From a bacterium (GTDB taxonomy: Bacteria > Patescibacteriota > Patescibacteriia > Patescibacteriales > UBA12465), in NCBI GenBank assembly GCA_021806615.1, contig JAJZRB010000001.1:79024-143023 (forward strand): a stretch of 64,000 bases of DNA. Direction: 5' to 3'. The translations under genes were made by a program, and so were the position numbers. How positions within the stretch are numbered: the first letter of the stretch is position 1; each line of letters begins with the position of its first letter. The notes beneath the pieces are model-generated. The model saw only the letters and a list, made by a program, of their open reading frames with translations. It did not search any database and was not told the DNA's origin. Shown here one piece after another: positions 1 to 9,531 of this stretch.

Positions 1-526
1 CCGCGTCCAGATAAAAACGATGCCAATCCAAGCCAGCAGCTAGCGGACGGCCGGACGCTGGCGGCCGGACGCCGCCATAAGCTATCTCATCAACGATGAT
101 CCATTCATAACCTAATCTTTTAACGATACGGGCGACATCGGGATGATAGGCCATCTCCGGCAAGAAAAATCCGTTCGGCTTGAAATTGCGGCCGAAATGG
201 CGCCGCAATATCTTCTCGTTGATCTTTATCTGGCGGACTACCTCGTCTTCGGGCAAAAGTGGCAAAAAACCATGATATGCGGCAGAGCCGGTCAATTCTA
301 TGCGCCCCTTTTTGACTAAGAATTTCAAACGTTCCAAGAAGGATTTTTCCTTGGCGTCAGCCAAACGCTCCAGCAGACAACCGCTTACATTCCAGGTCAT
401 CCGCAGATTGGGATTTTCCTCCATTAAGCGCAGTAGCCGCCAATAGCTCTTATCCAGAGCCTTGCGGATAGTATATTCTTCGGCATTAGCTGGCTGATAA
501 AAATGTAAAAAATTAAGCCACAGCAT
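1..526 (-). CDS. Glycoside hydrolase family 57 protein, N-terminal ~175 aa (C-terminus lies beyond the window start)
   Basis: Reverse-strand translation from ATG at 524-526 gives MLWLNFLHFYQPANAEE...RIELTGSAAYHGFLPLL. The xLHxYQP start and the E-L-(T/G)-x-x-x-H-x-x-LPLL block match the GH57 N-terminus. It is truncated, so absent from the ORF track. Confidence 0.5.
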   Translation of the reverse strand, partial: MLWLNFLHFYQPANAEEYTIRKALDKSYWRLLRLMEENPNLRMTWNVSGCLLERLADAKEKSFLERLKFLVKKGRIELTGSAAYHGFLPLLPEDEVVRQIKINEKILRRHFGRNFKPNGFFLPEMAYHPDVARIVKRLGYEWIIVDEIAYGGVRPPASGRPLAAGLDWHRFYLDA

Positions 527-532
527 AACAAT

Positions 533-2026
533 TTATTTTTTATCTTTTAAAATCTTCTGATAAAGCGCCGCGTATTTCTTGGCCGGTATTTCCCAGCCAT
601 TAGCCTGTTTCATCGCCCTCTTAACCAAGGCCTGCCAGGCTTTTTTATGCTGATAATTCTCCAAGGCGCGCACGATGGCGGCATAAAGATCAAACTCATC
701 TTCGTTCTTGAAAGTAAAACCCGTGCCAGTATGAGCCGCCGGAGAAAAATTTTCTACCGTATCGTAGAGGCCGCCGATTTCACGGACGATAGGCACGCAG
801 CCGTAACGCATCGCGATAAGCTGGTTAATACCACAGGGCTCATGGTTAGAAGTCAGCAGAAAAAAATCCGAACCGGCGTAAGCTAAAGTTTCATACTTTT
901 GATTAGCTTCATGCGAAGGGATGACCGCCAGACGGTCCGGATGCTTACGGGCCAATTTCTGCAATTCTTTGATATATTTCTTGTCGCCGGCTCCGATGAT
1001 GATGAACTGAGCGTCCAGTTTCACGAGCCGCGGCAGGATTTTTATCATCAGTTCGAATCCTTTTTGGAAAGTCACCCGCGAAGTCATGCAGAAAATAGGC
1101 GTCTCTTTATCCGTCGGCAGGCCGAAAGTCTTTTGCAGCTGCATCTTATTATCCGCCTTAACCGCAAAATTCTTAAAACTATAGCGCTTATAGATAGACT
1201 TGTCTTTCTCCGGATTATATAAATTATAATCGATCCCGTTAACGATGCCGACCAGCCTATCCGCGCGGTTTTGCAGGATGCGGTGCAGGTCCTGGCCGAA
1301 CTTCTTGGTCATTATTTCCGCCCGATATTGCTCGCTGACAGTATTGATGAAATCGGCCGACAAGATGGCGCGCTTAGCAAAATTGATACATTCCAATTTA
1401 GGATCGCTTAAGTGGGGAATACGGCCGCGGCCATAATCCTTATTCTCCGGCTTTATCTCCCACCAATTATGCCCGAGCTGAAAGATCAGATTATGGATAG
1501 TGAAAACCGTCTTGGCTTTCTTCAAAGTCTTCGAATAGCGGAAATCTGTCTTTAGATAATAAGGAATAAGGCCCGTCTGCCAGTCATGGCAATGGATAAT
1601 GTCAGCCGGAAATTTCAATAGAGACAGCAATTTTAAGGCCGCAACATTGAAAACCAAAAAACGCGCGTTTTCGCGCGATGAACCGTACAGCCGGCTATGC
1701 TTGGAAAAGAAATGCTTGCATTCTACGAAATAAACCGGCAAGCCGGGCAGGAGATAGGCACGCCAATAGTTGACGCGGATGCTTTCTTGAGAATTCAGAC
1801 GTAAGCTTATATTAGAAAACAAAAGCTCCAGCTTATATTCCTGCTTATCGATCAAGCGTCCATACAGGGGGGTGATGATAATGACTTCATGGCCCAAGCG
1901 GCTCAAAGCTTTTGGCAGGCTGCGCGCCACATCGCCTAATCCGCCGGTCTTGGAAAACGGCGCAACCTCGGAAGCAATATGGACGATTTTTAGTTTCTTA
2001 GACATAAACGGGAATTTAAGGCGCAA
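533..2026 (-). CDS. glgA: Glycogen/starch synthase (GT5, ADP-glucose type)
   Basis: N-terminal KIVHIASEVAPFSKTGGLGDV signature of GlgA; 497 aa; sits next to a GH57 gene. Confidence 0.85.
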   Translation of the reverse strand: MRLKFPFMSKKLKIVHIASEVAPFSKTGGLGDVARSLPKALSRLGHEVIIITPLYGRLIDKQEYKLELLFSNISLRLNSQESIRVNYWRAYLLPGLPVYFVECKHFFSKHSRLYGSSRENARFLVFNVAALKLLSLLKFPADIIHCHDWQTGLIPYYLKTDFRYSKTLKKAKTVFTIHNLIFQLGHNWWEIKPENKDYGRGRIPHLSDPKLECINFAKRAILSADFINTVSEQYRAEIMTKKFGQDLHRILQNRADRLVGIVNGIDYNLYNPEKDKSIYKRYSFKNFAVKADNKMQLQKTFGLPTDKETPIFCMTSRVTFQKGFELMIKILPRLVKLDAQFIIIGAGDKKYIKELQKLARKHPDRLAVIPSHEANQKYETLAYAGSDFFLLTSNHEPCGINQLIAMRYGCVPIVREIGGLYDTVENFSPAAHTGTGFTFKNEDEFDLYAAIVRALENYQHKKAWQALVKRAMKQANGWEIPAKKYAALYQKILKDKK

Positions 2027-2478
2027 ATGGCTACCGCCAAGGCATCAGCAGCGTCATCCGGTTGAGGCATTTCCTGGAGATGCAAAATCAGCTTAACCAT
2101 TTTCTGGACCTGTTTCTTAGAAGCTCGCCCATAAGCGGTAACCGCCTGCTTGACCTGGGATGGCGTAAAATCGACGACCGCCAGCTTATTCTGGTTGAGA
2201 GTCAGGAGGGCGACGCCGCGAGCCTGTCCGACAATAAGGGCTGTCCGCACATTCTTATTGAAAAATAATTGTTCTATCGCGGCGGAATGCGGCTTATATT
2301 TCTTAATGATCCTATCCAGCTCCTGATGCAGGATATCCAGGCGCTTAATGAGGTCATCTCCCGCCTTAGTCTTAATGGAGCCATAAGCCAGGCAGCTTAA
2401 TTTAGTCCCCTCTTCTTTAATAACGCCATATCCGGTATCGGCGATGCCCGGATCCAGCCCTAAGATTATTTTGACCAT
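1990..2478 (-). CDS. ruvC: Crossover junction endodeoxyribonuclease RuvC
   Basis: MVKIILGLDPGIADTGYGVI start; 162 aa RNase H-like fold typical of RuvC. Confidence 0.85.
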   Translation of the reverse strand: MVKIILGLDPGIADTGYGVIKEEGTKLSCLAYGSIKTKAGDDLIKRLDILHQELDRIIKKYKPHSAAIEQLFFNKNVRTALIVGQARGVALLTLNQNKLAVVDFTPSQVKQAVTAYGRASKKQVQKMVKLILHLQEMPQPDDAADALAVAICALNSRLCLRN

Positions 2479-2490
2479 ATGGCGGCCGGC

Positions 2491-3216
2491 TTATGATAAA
2501 TTAGTATAATAATCGTTGACATCTTCATTATCTTCCAATTCAGAAAAGAACTTATCTATCTTTTCCTGGTCGGCGGAAGACAGTTCTATCTTATCCTTGG
2601 CAACGTATTCAATGTCAGCGGCGGCCAAATGCAAGCCTTTTTTCTCTAAAAAATCACGGACCGATTGCAAGTCTTTTATTTCCGTAAAAATGCTTAAGCC
2701 TTCAGCTTCTTTCTTGAAATCAATGATGCCCTGATCTATCAGCTCTAACTCTAACGCTTCATTGTTTATCTGCTTAGCTTTAATATCATCGCTGGTTATC
2801 CGGATAACGCCTAATTGGGCAAAATTCCACAGCACGGAGCCGAAAGAACCTCCGTTCTTAGTGAAAGAATGGCGGACGGTAGAGCCGGAACGATTCTTAT
2901 TATCAGTGACGCATTTGACGACGACCTGTACTCCGGGAGGAACGAGTCCTTCATAATAGATTTCTTCTACCTGGTCTCCGGCTAGTTCGCCCGTTCCTTT
3001 CTTAATAGCTCTCTCAATATTATCTTTAGGCATGCTGGCGTCACGAGCCCGGTCAACCGCTGCCCGTAAGGACGGATTAGCGCTCGGATCACCGCCGTTT
3101 TTGGCGGCGATAGTTATGACGTTGGCTAGTTTAGTAAAGACGGCGCCGCGCTTAGCATCGACTAATTCCTTCTGGCGATGCGTGGTGGCCCATTTGGAGT
3201 GTCCGGACATATTCAA
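2491..3216 (-). CDS. yebC: YebC/PmpR family DNA-binding transcriptional regulator
   Basis: MSGHSKWATTHRQK N-terminus is the YebC family hallmark; 241 aa. Confidence 0.85.
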   Translation of the reverse strand: MNMSGHSKWATTHRQKELVDAKRGAVFTKLANVITIAAKNGGDPSANPSLRAAVDRARDASMPKDNIERAIKKGTGELAGDQVEEIYYEGLVPPGVQVVVKCVTDNKNRSGSTVRHSFTKNGGSFGSVLWNFAQLGVIRITSDDIKAKQINNEALELELIDQGIIDFKKEAEGLSIFTEIKDLQSVRDFLEKKGLHLAAADIEYVAKDKIELSSADQEKIDKFFSELEDNEDVNDYYTNLS

Positions 3217-3301
3217 TAAATTAAATGAAAATAAATTAAAGCTTTTTAAGCGATGGTTTTAACGCTCCGACCACGCTCAATTATCTCCAGCTTAGCGTAA
3301 A

Positions 3302-3330
3302 TTGAAATAAAAATCAAGATAGATTATAAT
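3302..3330 (+). promoter_or_regulatory. Sigma70-like promoter for the 3360 gene
   Basis: TTGAAA, 17-nt spacer, TATAAT; ends about 30 nt upstream of the ATG. Confidence 0.4.
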
Positions 3331-3359
3331 AAAAATAGCCGTAAAATAAAGGAAAAAAT

Positions 3360-4271
3360 ATGAATCATGATAATTTGCCTAATTTAAACGAAAGCGTCAT
3401 TGCCGCCTTGGATTTTTTCAGCCGCCACGAGCCACCGCGCCTGAATTTAAAGAATTTTTCTTTCCCGATAGTCGTAGGCAGCGGCAACGCTTATAACGCC
3501 GGCCTAACGATTTTTAAAGGCCGGCCGGCGATTATGGCGACCGAAAGCAACTTCTTAGAAATCCTTGAAAATTATAAATCCTTGATAAAGAGCGGCGGCC
3601 TCAAGCAGGCGGTAGTCATTTCCGCCTCTGGCGAGAAGGATTCTCCCTGGGAAATAAAAGCGGCTAAAAAGGCGGGGCTAAGAACGACTCTTTTGACTTG
3701 CAGCCCCTTGTCATTAGCGGCCAGGTTAGCCGACCAGGTTATAACCTATGAAAAATTGCCGGAGCCTTATACTTATAATACTTCCACCTACTTAGGAATG
3801 ATTATCGGGGCGAGCGGCGAAAAAGCTAAAGATATTCAGAGCTTCATTAAGAAATTGCCTTTCCCTCATGATTTGAAAGCTTATGCGGCTTATTCTTTTA
3901 TCCTGCCCGATAAGTTTGAAGCGATAACATCCATGCTACAAATTAAGCAACAGGAGCTTTTCGGGCCGCATCTTTCTCTGCGCGCCTTCAGTTACGGCGA
4001 AGCGCGACATGCTAAATTCGTCAATATTTGGGACAAAGAATTGGTCATCAGCCTGGGGCAAAATAAGTATTTTGGAGAAAAGAAGTCGCGCTGGGAAGTA
4101 AAATTGCCGGCTAAATCTGAAAACGGCTTGGTCATGGCTCTGACTTACTATATCATCGGTAAAATCCAGGAAAATAAAACCCCCTATTTCAAAAAAAATA
4201 TCTCTCGCTACTGCCAAGAAGGGCCGCGAGCCTACGGCCAGAAAAAACCATTCCCAATAATCGTAAACTAG
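3360..4271 (+). CDS. Hypothetical protein, possible SIS-fold sugar-phosphate isomerase (archaeal-type PGI/PMI-like?)
   Basis: 303 aa. VVGSGNAYNAG and VISASGEKDSP motifs are reminiscent of SIS domains; its neighbour is the glycolytic gpmA. The function call is weak. Confidence 0.3.
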   Translation: MNHDNLPNLNESVIAALDFFSRHEPPRLNLKNFSFPIVVGSGNAYNAGLTIFKGRPAIMATESNFLEILENYKSLIKSGGLKQAVVISASGEKDSPWEIKAAKKAGLRTTLLTCSPLSLAARLADQVITYEKLPEPYTYNTSTYLGMIIGASGEKAKDIQSFIKKLPFPHDLKAYAAYSFILPDKFEAITSMLQIKQQELFGPHLSLRAFSYGEARHAKFVNIWDKELVISLGQNKYFGEKKSRWEVKLPAKSENGLVMALTYYIIGKIQENKTPYFKKNISRYCQEGPRAYGQKKPFPIIVN

Positions 4272-4282
4272 ACCGGAGCCCA

Positions 4283-4313
4283 AAAACGCCGTTCCTCAAG
4301 GACGGCGTTTTTT
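4283..4313. terminator. Bidirectional intrinsic terminator between convergent genes
   Basis: AAAAACGCCGTTCC-tcaa-GGACGGCGTTTTTT hairpin flanked by A and T runs. Confidence 0.6.
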
Positions 4314-4335
4314 ATGATAGTAGCGAATGTTTTTC

Positions 4336-5079
4336 TTAAGATCGCTTTATTTTGCCTTGATTCTTTACCTTTTCCATCGCCGCTTTGACCTTTTTAGGAT
4401 CAGCTAAATAATAATGGCGGATCGGCTTTAAATCTTTATCCAATTCATAGACCAAAGGAATGCCGGTCGGGATATTCAATCCGATGACTTCCTTTATGGA
4501 AATCTTGTCTAAATATTTAACCAGAGCTCGAATATTATTATTGCTGGTGGAAACGATGATTCTCTTCCCGGCCTTCACCTGCGGCCCGATTATTTTCTGC
4601 CACAGAGGCAGGACTCGGGCGACGACATCTTTCAAGCTCTCTGTTTCGGGCACCTTAATACCTGCATACTTAACGTCGTTTTTCTGATTATATCTGTTCC
4701 GGCTATCAATCTTCGGCGGCCGGACATCATAACTCCGCCGCCAAATAAGAACCTGATTCTCCCCGAATTTTTTTGCCATCTCTATCTTGTTCAAGCCTTG
4801 CAAGTTGCCATAATGCCGCTCATTTAGACGCCAATCGGCTGTCACCGGTATTTTCTCCTCCTTTAATTCCTGCAAGACTATCCGCAGGGTTTTAGCCGCC
4901 CGTCTCAGAAACGAAGTATAAGCCAGATCGAAAGCAAAGCCCCTCCTTTTTAATTCCCGGCCGGCCGCCCGGGCTTCCGCCTCTCCCGTCTTCGTCAAGT
5001 TGACATCGGTCCACCCGGTAAATAGCCCCTTTTTATTCCAAGTGCTCTCTCCGTGGCGTAAAAAAACGATCTTATACAT
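4336..5079 (-). CDS. gpmA: 2,3-bisphosphoglycerate-dependent phosphoglycerate mutase
   Basis: FLRHGESTWN catalytic signature (RHGExxWN); 247 aa. Confidence 0.85.
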   Translation of the reverse strand: MYKIVFLRHGESTWNKKGLFTGWTDVNLTKTGEAEARAAGRELKRRGFAFDLAYTSFLRRAAKTLRIVLQELKEEKIPVTADWRLNERHYGNLQGLNKIEMAKKFGENQVLIWRRSYDVRPPKIDSRNRYNQKNDVKYAGIKVPETESLKDVVARVLPLWQKIIGPQVKAGKRIIVSTSNNNIRALVKYLDKISIKEVIGLNIPTGIPLVYELDKDLKPIRHYYLADPKKVKAAMEKVKNQGKIKRS

Positions 5080-5134
5080 AAATATATGGTATTACTTATC
5101 CTTTATGATTTAATTTTTTATATTATATCATAAA

Positions 5135-5164
5135 TTGACGATAAAAGTTTAAAAGTGATAGTAT
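5135..5164 (+). promoter_or_regulatory. Putative promoter for the LysM-M23 gene
   Basis: TTGACG, 18-nt spacer, extended-10 TGaTAGTAT. Confidence 0.3.
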
Positions 5165-5210
5165 AGAATAGTCTAGCTTAAACCATATCAGCCTATCTCT
5201 TAAGCAACAA

Positions 5211-6572
5211 TTGAAAAAGATTATAATAGAAACCGGCCTGACGAGCATTAAAGCCTTACATGGGCTGGGCCGCTTACTGATGAAATTATTCCGGATTATA
5301 GCCGGTTTTTTTCGTTTACTCTTCGGAGGATTTTTTTATCAATTATTAGTAAAGATATATTATGGCATCTTTCGTCTGAAAAAAAATGAATTAGCTAACA
5401 AAACCTGGCGCGAACTGATAAATAACCAGTTGGTTTACTGGTTCATCTTTATCTTAACGACCGGGTTCATATTCGCTAATATCACTAACCAAGATAAGGT
5501 CGGCGTCATGCAGACCAGAATAGCCAAAACCTTAATGGCTAAACTCATACCGGCGGAATTCGGCGCCCTCCCGGATGAAGAACTGATTGAAGAGACCGCG
5601 ACGCCCAGCATCTTGACGGCTAGCAAGGAAAAATACCTGGATACTTCCTGCACTCTAGATAAACAGGCTGGCTTGATTCCGGAAGAAAATATAGACCAGA
5701 ATAATTTCTTATCTTTCAACGATGGCAATGATGTCATCTTCAAGCCCCTGATCACGGGAACGTCCTCGGGCGCTAACGAGAATGTGCCGTCTCAAAGAAC
5801 TAAGATCATCTATTATACGGTGCAGAACGGCGATACTGCCAGTTCCATCGCCAGCCGATTCGGTTTGACCGTCAATACTATTCTATGGGCCAATAACCTG
5901 ACGGCCTATAGCCTTATCCGCCCTGGCGATACTTTGACCATTCTTCCTTATAGCGGCATCCTATATACGGTTAAATCCGGCGATACTGTTTCCAAGCTTG
6001 CGAGCAAATATGGGGTTGACGCTGATAAGATATCAAGCTGTAACGATGTAGCGACTGGATTGAAAGTGGGCCAGAAGATAGTGATCCCGGGCGCCCGTAA
6101 GATTATAGAGCCGAAGGCGGTCGCTGTCCGATCTAGCGCCAATAACAGCTATACGGGTTTGGAGACGATACGCAATCTGATCCAGGCTCCGGCAGTCAGG
6201 GTTTCCGGCAGCCAGATGATCTGGCCGACGGTCGGACATACTATCACTCAATATTTCTCCTGGCGGCATAACGGCCTTGATATTGCCAACCGCGTTGGAA
6301 CTCCGATTTACGCGGCCGGTGACGGAATCGTGGAGATCGCCGCCTACGGTTGGAACGGCGGATACGGCAACACCATAGTCATCAACCATGGCGGCGGCAA
6401 GAAAACCCGCTATGGACATGCTTCAAAACTTTTTGTTAAAGTAGGAGATGAGGTTACGAAGGGCGAAAATATCGCCGCTATGGGTTCCACGGGCCATTCC
6501 ACCGGTCCGCACCTCCACTTTGAGATCCTGGTAAATGGAGCCCGATATAACCCTCTTAATTACGTCAGATAA
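5211..6572 (+). CDS. LysM-domain M23 family peptidoglycan endopeptidase
   Basis: N-terminal hydrophobic anchor, two LysM-like repeats (YTVQNGDTASSIASRFG, YTVKSGDTVSKLASKYG), and a C-terminal M23 HxxxD...HLHFEI motif. Confidence 0.8.
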   Translation: MKKIIIETGLTSIKALHGLGRLLMKLFRIIAGFFRLLFGGFFYQLLVKIYYGIFRLKKNELANKTWRELINNQLVYWFIFILTTGFIFANITNQDKVGVMQTRIAKTLMAKLIPAEFGALPDEELIEETATPSILTASKEKYLDTSCTLDKQAGLIPEENIDQNNFLSFNDGNDVIFKPLITGTSSGANENVPSQRTKIIYYTVQNGDTASSIASRFGLTVNTILWANNLTAYSLIRPGDTLTILPYSGILYTVKSGDTVSKLASKYGVDADKISSCNDVATGLKVGQKIVIPGARKIIEPKAVAVRSSANNSYTGLETIRNLIQAPAVRVSGSQMIWPTVGHTITQYFSWRHNGLDIANRVGTPIYAAGDGIVEIAAYGWNGGYGNTIVINHGGGKKTRYGHASKLFVKVGDEVTKGENIAAMGSTGHSTGPHLHFEILVNGARYNPLNYVR

Positions 6573-6576
6573 ACCT

Positions 6577-6831
6577 ATGTCTATTTTCATCGGCATCTTG
6601 CTAACTGCGGCCGGCGCTTTCTTTATCATCAAGACCGAGTGGCTGCTCAATAATTTCGGACGTATCGCTTGGTTCGAGGAGAAACTCGGTTCTGACGGCG
6701 GTTCGCGCCTCGGTTATAAGCTGATAGGCGTCGCCCTTCTATTTTTCGGCATAATCGCCATGACCGGAAGCGGGAATAGCTTTATGGAGTGGATCCTCAG
6801 CCCGCTTATAAAATACAGCCGACCGCAATAA
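6577..6831 (+). CDS. Small integral membrane protein (hypothetical)
   Basis: 84 aa from ATG 6577 with two hydrophobic helices. The ORF-track start at 6535 overlaps the upstream gene. Confidence 0.4.
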   Translation: MSIFIGILLTAAGAFFIIKTEWLLNNFGRIAWFEEKLGSDGGSRLGYKLIGVALLFFGIIAMTGSGNSFMEWILSPLIKYSRPQ

Positions 6832-6834
6832 GAA

Positions 6835-6911
6835 GGGCCTTTAGCTCAGCTGGTTAGAGCGCCTGCTTTGCAAGCAGGAGGTCAAGGGTTCGAATCCCTT
6901 AAGGTCCACCA
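6835..6911 (+). tRNA. tRNA-Ala (anticodon TGC), CCA encoded
   Basis: Cloverleaf with anticodon loop TTTGCAA, G3:U70 Ala identity pair, and a GGTTCGAATCC T-arm. Confidence 0.9.
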
Positions 6912-6918
6912 AAAAAAA

Positions 6919-6945
6919 CAACCCAGGCAAACCCGGGTTGTTTTT
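6919..6945. terminator. Intrinsic terminator after tRNA-Ala (bidirectional with ddl)
   Basis: CAACCCAGG-caaa-CCCGGGTTG hairpin followed by TTTTT; an A-run precedes it on the opposite strand. Confidence 0.6.
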
Positions 6946-6967
6946 ATAGAAATAAATGATTATCTTC

Positions 6968-8149
6968 TTACTTTTTCATCAGCTTCAAACCCTTTAATTT
7001 CCCTAACACCTCCGAAGAAAAAGTGTAGGTAGAACTTTCTTTCTCCTTTCGGCGGACTAACGCGTCGCCAATGAGCCCCCGGACCAGCTGATCCAGATCT
7101 ACCCCGCTCTTCTGCCATAAATGGTGATACAAAGTACCGGGTAAAGGATTTATCTCGTTGGCGAAATATTCATGGCTGGCCTTATTATATAAAAAATCAA
7201 AACGACTGATACCGACGCAACCTAAAGCGCGGAAAACTTTCAGGGAGGCCGCCTGGATATTCTTAGTAGTCGTTTCATCCAGGTTAGCCGGGATGATTAT
7301 CTTTTTGTCCGCCTTCCCTAATTGGGCGCCTCCGTCATCCAAGTATTTATCTTCATAGCTGAAAAGATCGGAACTGAAGGAAGATTCCTGCAGCAAAGAG
7401 GCCTGGGGAGCCTGGTAGCCTCTCACCGCGCAGGTAATATCAACTAAATTTTCCACGCTTTCTTCGATCAAGAGCCGATCATCATAATGCAAGACGACCT
7501 CGCAGGCTTGTTCTAAATCAGAGAAATCGCTGACCTTGGTAATGCCGATAGAAGATCCTAGGTGCGGAGGCTTTACGAATACAGGCCAAGCCAGATGTTC
7601 TTTAGCTTCTCTTAAAATAGAATCTTTTTTCTCCTCCCAATCCGAACGGCTGTAAGAGATGAATTTAGTGGTCGGGATGCCCAAGCCCTGATAAAAAATC
7701 TTGGTCAATACTTTGTCCATGGCCACGGCGGAGGAAGCGACCTCGCATCCGGCATAAGGAACGCCGAAAATATTGAATAATCCCTGCATAGAGCCATCTT
7801 CCCCTAAGTGGCCATGAAAAGCGGGGATGGCTAGGTCTATCTCCACGGATTTCTTAGAAAATAGATGTTTTTTGTTGAATACCAAGCAGCCGCGGGAAGA
7901 ATCCAGATCCAATTCATAGGCGCCGCAATCAGCCAGCTTATCCATGTAATCAATCTCACTGAAAAAAGATAGGCTGCCTAGCTTATCGCCGATAAAAAGC
8001 CTCTCTTCCTTGTCTAAGTAGACGGGGATAGCTTGATACTCCGGCATCTTTTTCAAAACTGAAATGATCAATTGCCCGGTAATTATAGAGATGTCGTGCT
8101 CCGGGCTCTTGCCGCCGAAGAAAACTCCGATATTTTTTATGGCTTTCAT
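6968..8149 (-). CDS. ddl: D-alanine--D-alanine ligase
   Basis: MKAIKNIGVFFGGKSPEHDISIITG N-terminus and ATP-grasp organisation; 393 aa. Confidence 0.8.
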   Translation of the reverse strand: MKAIKNIGVFFGGKSPEHDISIITGQLIISVLKKMPEYQAIPVYLDKEERLFIGDKLGSLSFFSEIDYMDKLADCGAYELDLDSSRGCLVFNKKHLFSKKSVEIDLAIPAFHGHLGEDGSMQGLFNIFGVPYAGCEVASSAVAMDKVLTKIFYQGLGIPTTKFISYSRSDWEEKKDSILREAKEHLAWPVFVKPPHLGSSIGITKVSDFSDLEQACEVVLHYDDRLLIEESVENLVDITCAVRGYQAPQASLLQESSFSSDLFSYEDKYLDDGGAQLGKADKKIIIPANLDETTTKNIQAASLKVFRALGCVGISRFDFLYNKASHEYFANEINPLPGTLYHHLWQKSGVDLDQLVRGLIGDALVRRKEKESSTYTFSSEVLGKLKGLKLMKK

Positions 8150-8160
8150 ATGATTAAACG

Positions 8161-9531
8161 CTATTTATAATTGTCCGGCCAATCATTTTGGAAAATGATA
8201 GTATCTCCGGCTCGCAAAACCGCGCCCAAGTCCTGATGGGCGGATGTCGCATCCGGATAAACTTTGTATCTGGGAAATCCGATCCTCGCGAATTCATCCG
8301 CAATATAGTTCGTGGCGCTATTCTTAATTAATAGCACTAAATCTAGATTTTTTGAAGCATAGACACGGGCTAATTCCCGATGCCGCGCTTCTTTTTGCGC
8401 CCCTAATTCTACCAAGCCGGGAGTAATGACCAGCTTCCGTCCAGCGGCGCGGCCTAAAACCTCCAGGCCGCTCATGAACCCCTGCCAATTACCATTGTAG
8501 CTGTCATCGATTATCAGCAATTTCGCGGCGGCATTCCAGATCGGCTCTAAGCGATTCTTAAGATGCGGCGCGGCGGCCAATGGGCCGACGGCTTTAGCCA
8601 GGTCTAACCCCAATTTCTTGGCCAGAGCTAAGGCCATCGCTATTAAAACAATATTATGGCGCGCCAGCAGGCGGGTGGAAAAAATCAGCCCCTCATATCG
8701 AAAAGATAAGCCGGAAAAATCAGGCAATATCTTGATATCGTTAACAGAATTCTCGTCAATGTATAATTTATCAGGCAAGTTGAACCTAGCGTAGTTATCT
8801 TTGATATTCCGATCCGCCAGATTGAGAACCGCCAACTTAGAAGTCCTCTCCCCCAATTCAAATTTGGCCTGGATGGTATTCTGCAGATGGCCGAATCTTT
8901 CCAAATGGGACTCATTGATCCCCGTCAATAAAGAATATTCTGGCTGGACCAAATCACAAATCTTAGCGATATCGCCTCTTTGATAAGCGCCCATTTCTAC
9001 GATAAAAAAATCGGCAGCCGCCATTTCCGCCCCATGAGACAAGATAAAATAAGCAATGCCTAAATCCGTATTGACATTGCTAGGCGTTTTGACGACCCGA
9101 AAGCTGCTGCTTAATATAGTAGCTAATATTTCCTTGAGGCTGGTCTTCCCGTAACTGCCGGTAATGCCGATAACTTTAGCGCGCGTCTTCAACAGCGCTT
9201 TTCGCGCCCGACTAACGACGCGCTTCTTTAGGAAATAATCGATCGGATAAAACAACAATAGAATGAGAATAACGAGAAGAGGCAGAGCCGGAACTAAGAT
9301 AAATAGAAACAATAAGGCCCACCAATGCCAAGCGTAAATGAAAGATATTATCAGGACAGCGATCAGAAACCAAAGCGAAAAATAAAGGACTCTGGCCTTA
9401 GCCGTCCAATCGATAGACTGCCTCTTCTGAAGAGACCGCCAATGCCAGTCACGATAAATAAAAGACAAAAAACGTCCGATGTCATAAGATTCTCGCTGCA
9501 GGATATAAATTAGATTACGGACTATACTCAT
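8161..9531 (-). CDS. murF: MurF-like Mur ligase with an N-terminal transmembrane domain
   Basis: GITGSYGKTS P-loop and C-terminal DDSYNGN (MurF DDxYNAN motif). The first ~90 aa are hydrophobic helices rather than the canonical MurF N-domain. Confidence 0.65.
   Translation of the reverse strand: MSIVRNLIYILQRESYDIGRFLSFIYRDWHWRSLQKRQSIDWTAKARVLYFSLWFLIAVLIISFIYAWHWWALLFLFILVPALPLLVILILLLFYPIDYFLKKRVVSRARKALLKTRAKVIGITGSYGKTSLKEILATILSSSFRVVKTPSNVNTDLGIAYFILSHGAEMAAADFFIVEMGAYQRGDIAKICDLVQPEYSLLTGINESHLERFGHLQNTIQAKFELGERTSKLAVLNLADRNIKDNYARFNLPDKLYIDENSVNDIKILPDFSGLSFRYEGLIFSTRLLARHNIVLIAMALALAKKLGLDLAKAVGPLAAAPHLKNRLEPIWNAAAKLLIIDDSYNGNWQGFMSGLEVLGRAAGRKLVITPGLVELGAQKEARHRELARVYASKNLDLVLLIKNSATNYIADEFARIGFPRYKVYPDATSAHQDLGAVLRAGDTIIFQNDWPDNYK

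Noticed and set aside
3936-4283. 115-aa antisense ORF inside the SIS-like gene
   Set aside because: Opposite-strand overlap with a longer ORF that has a promoter and SD; no support.
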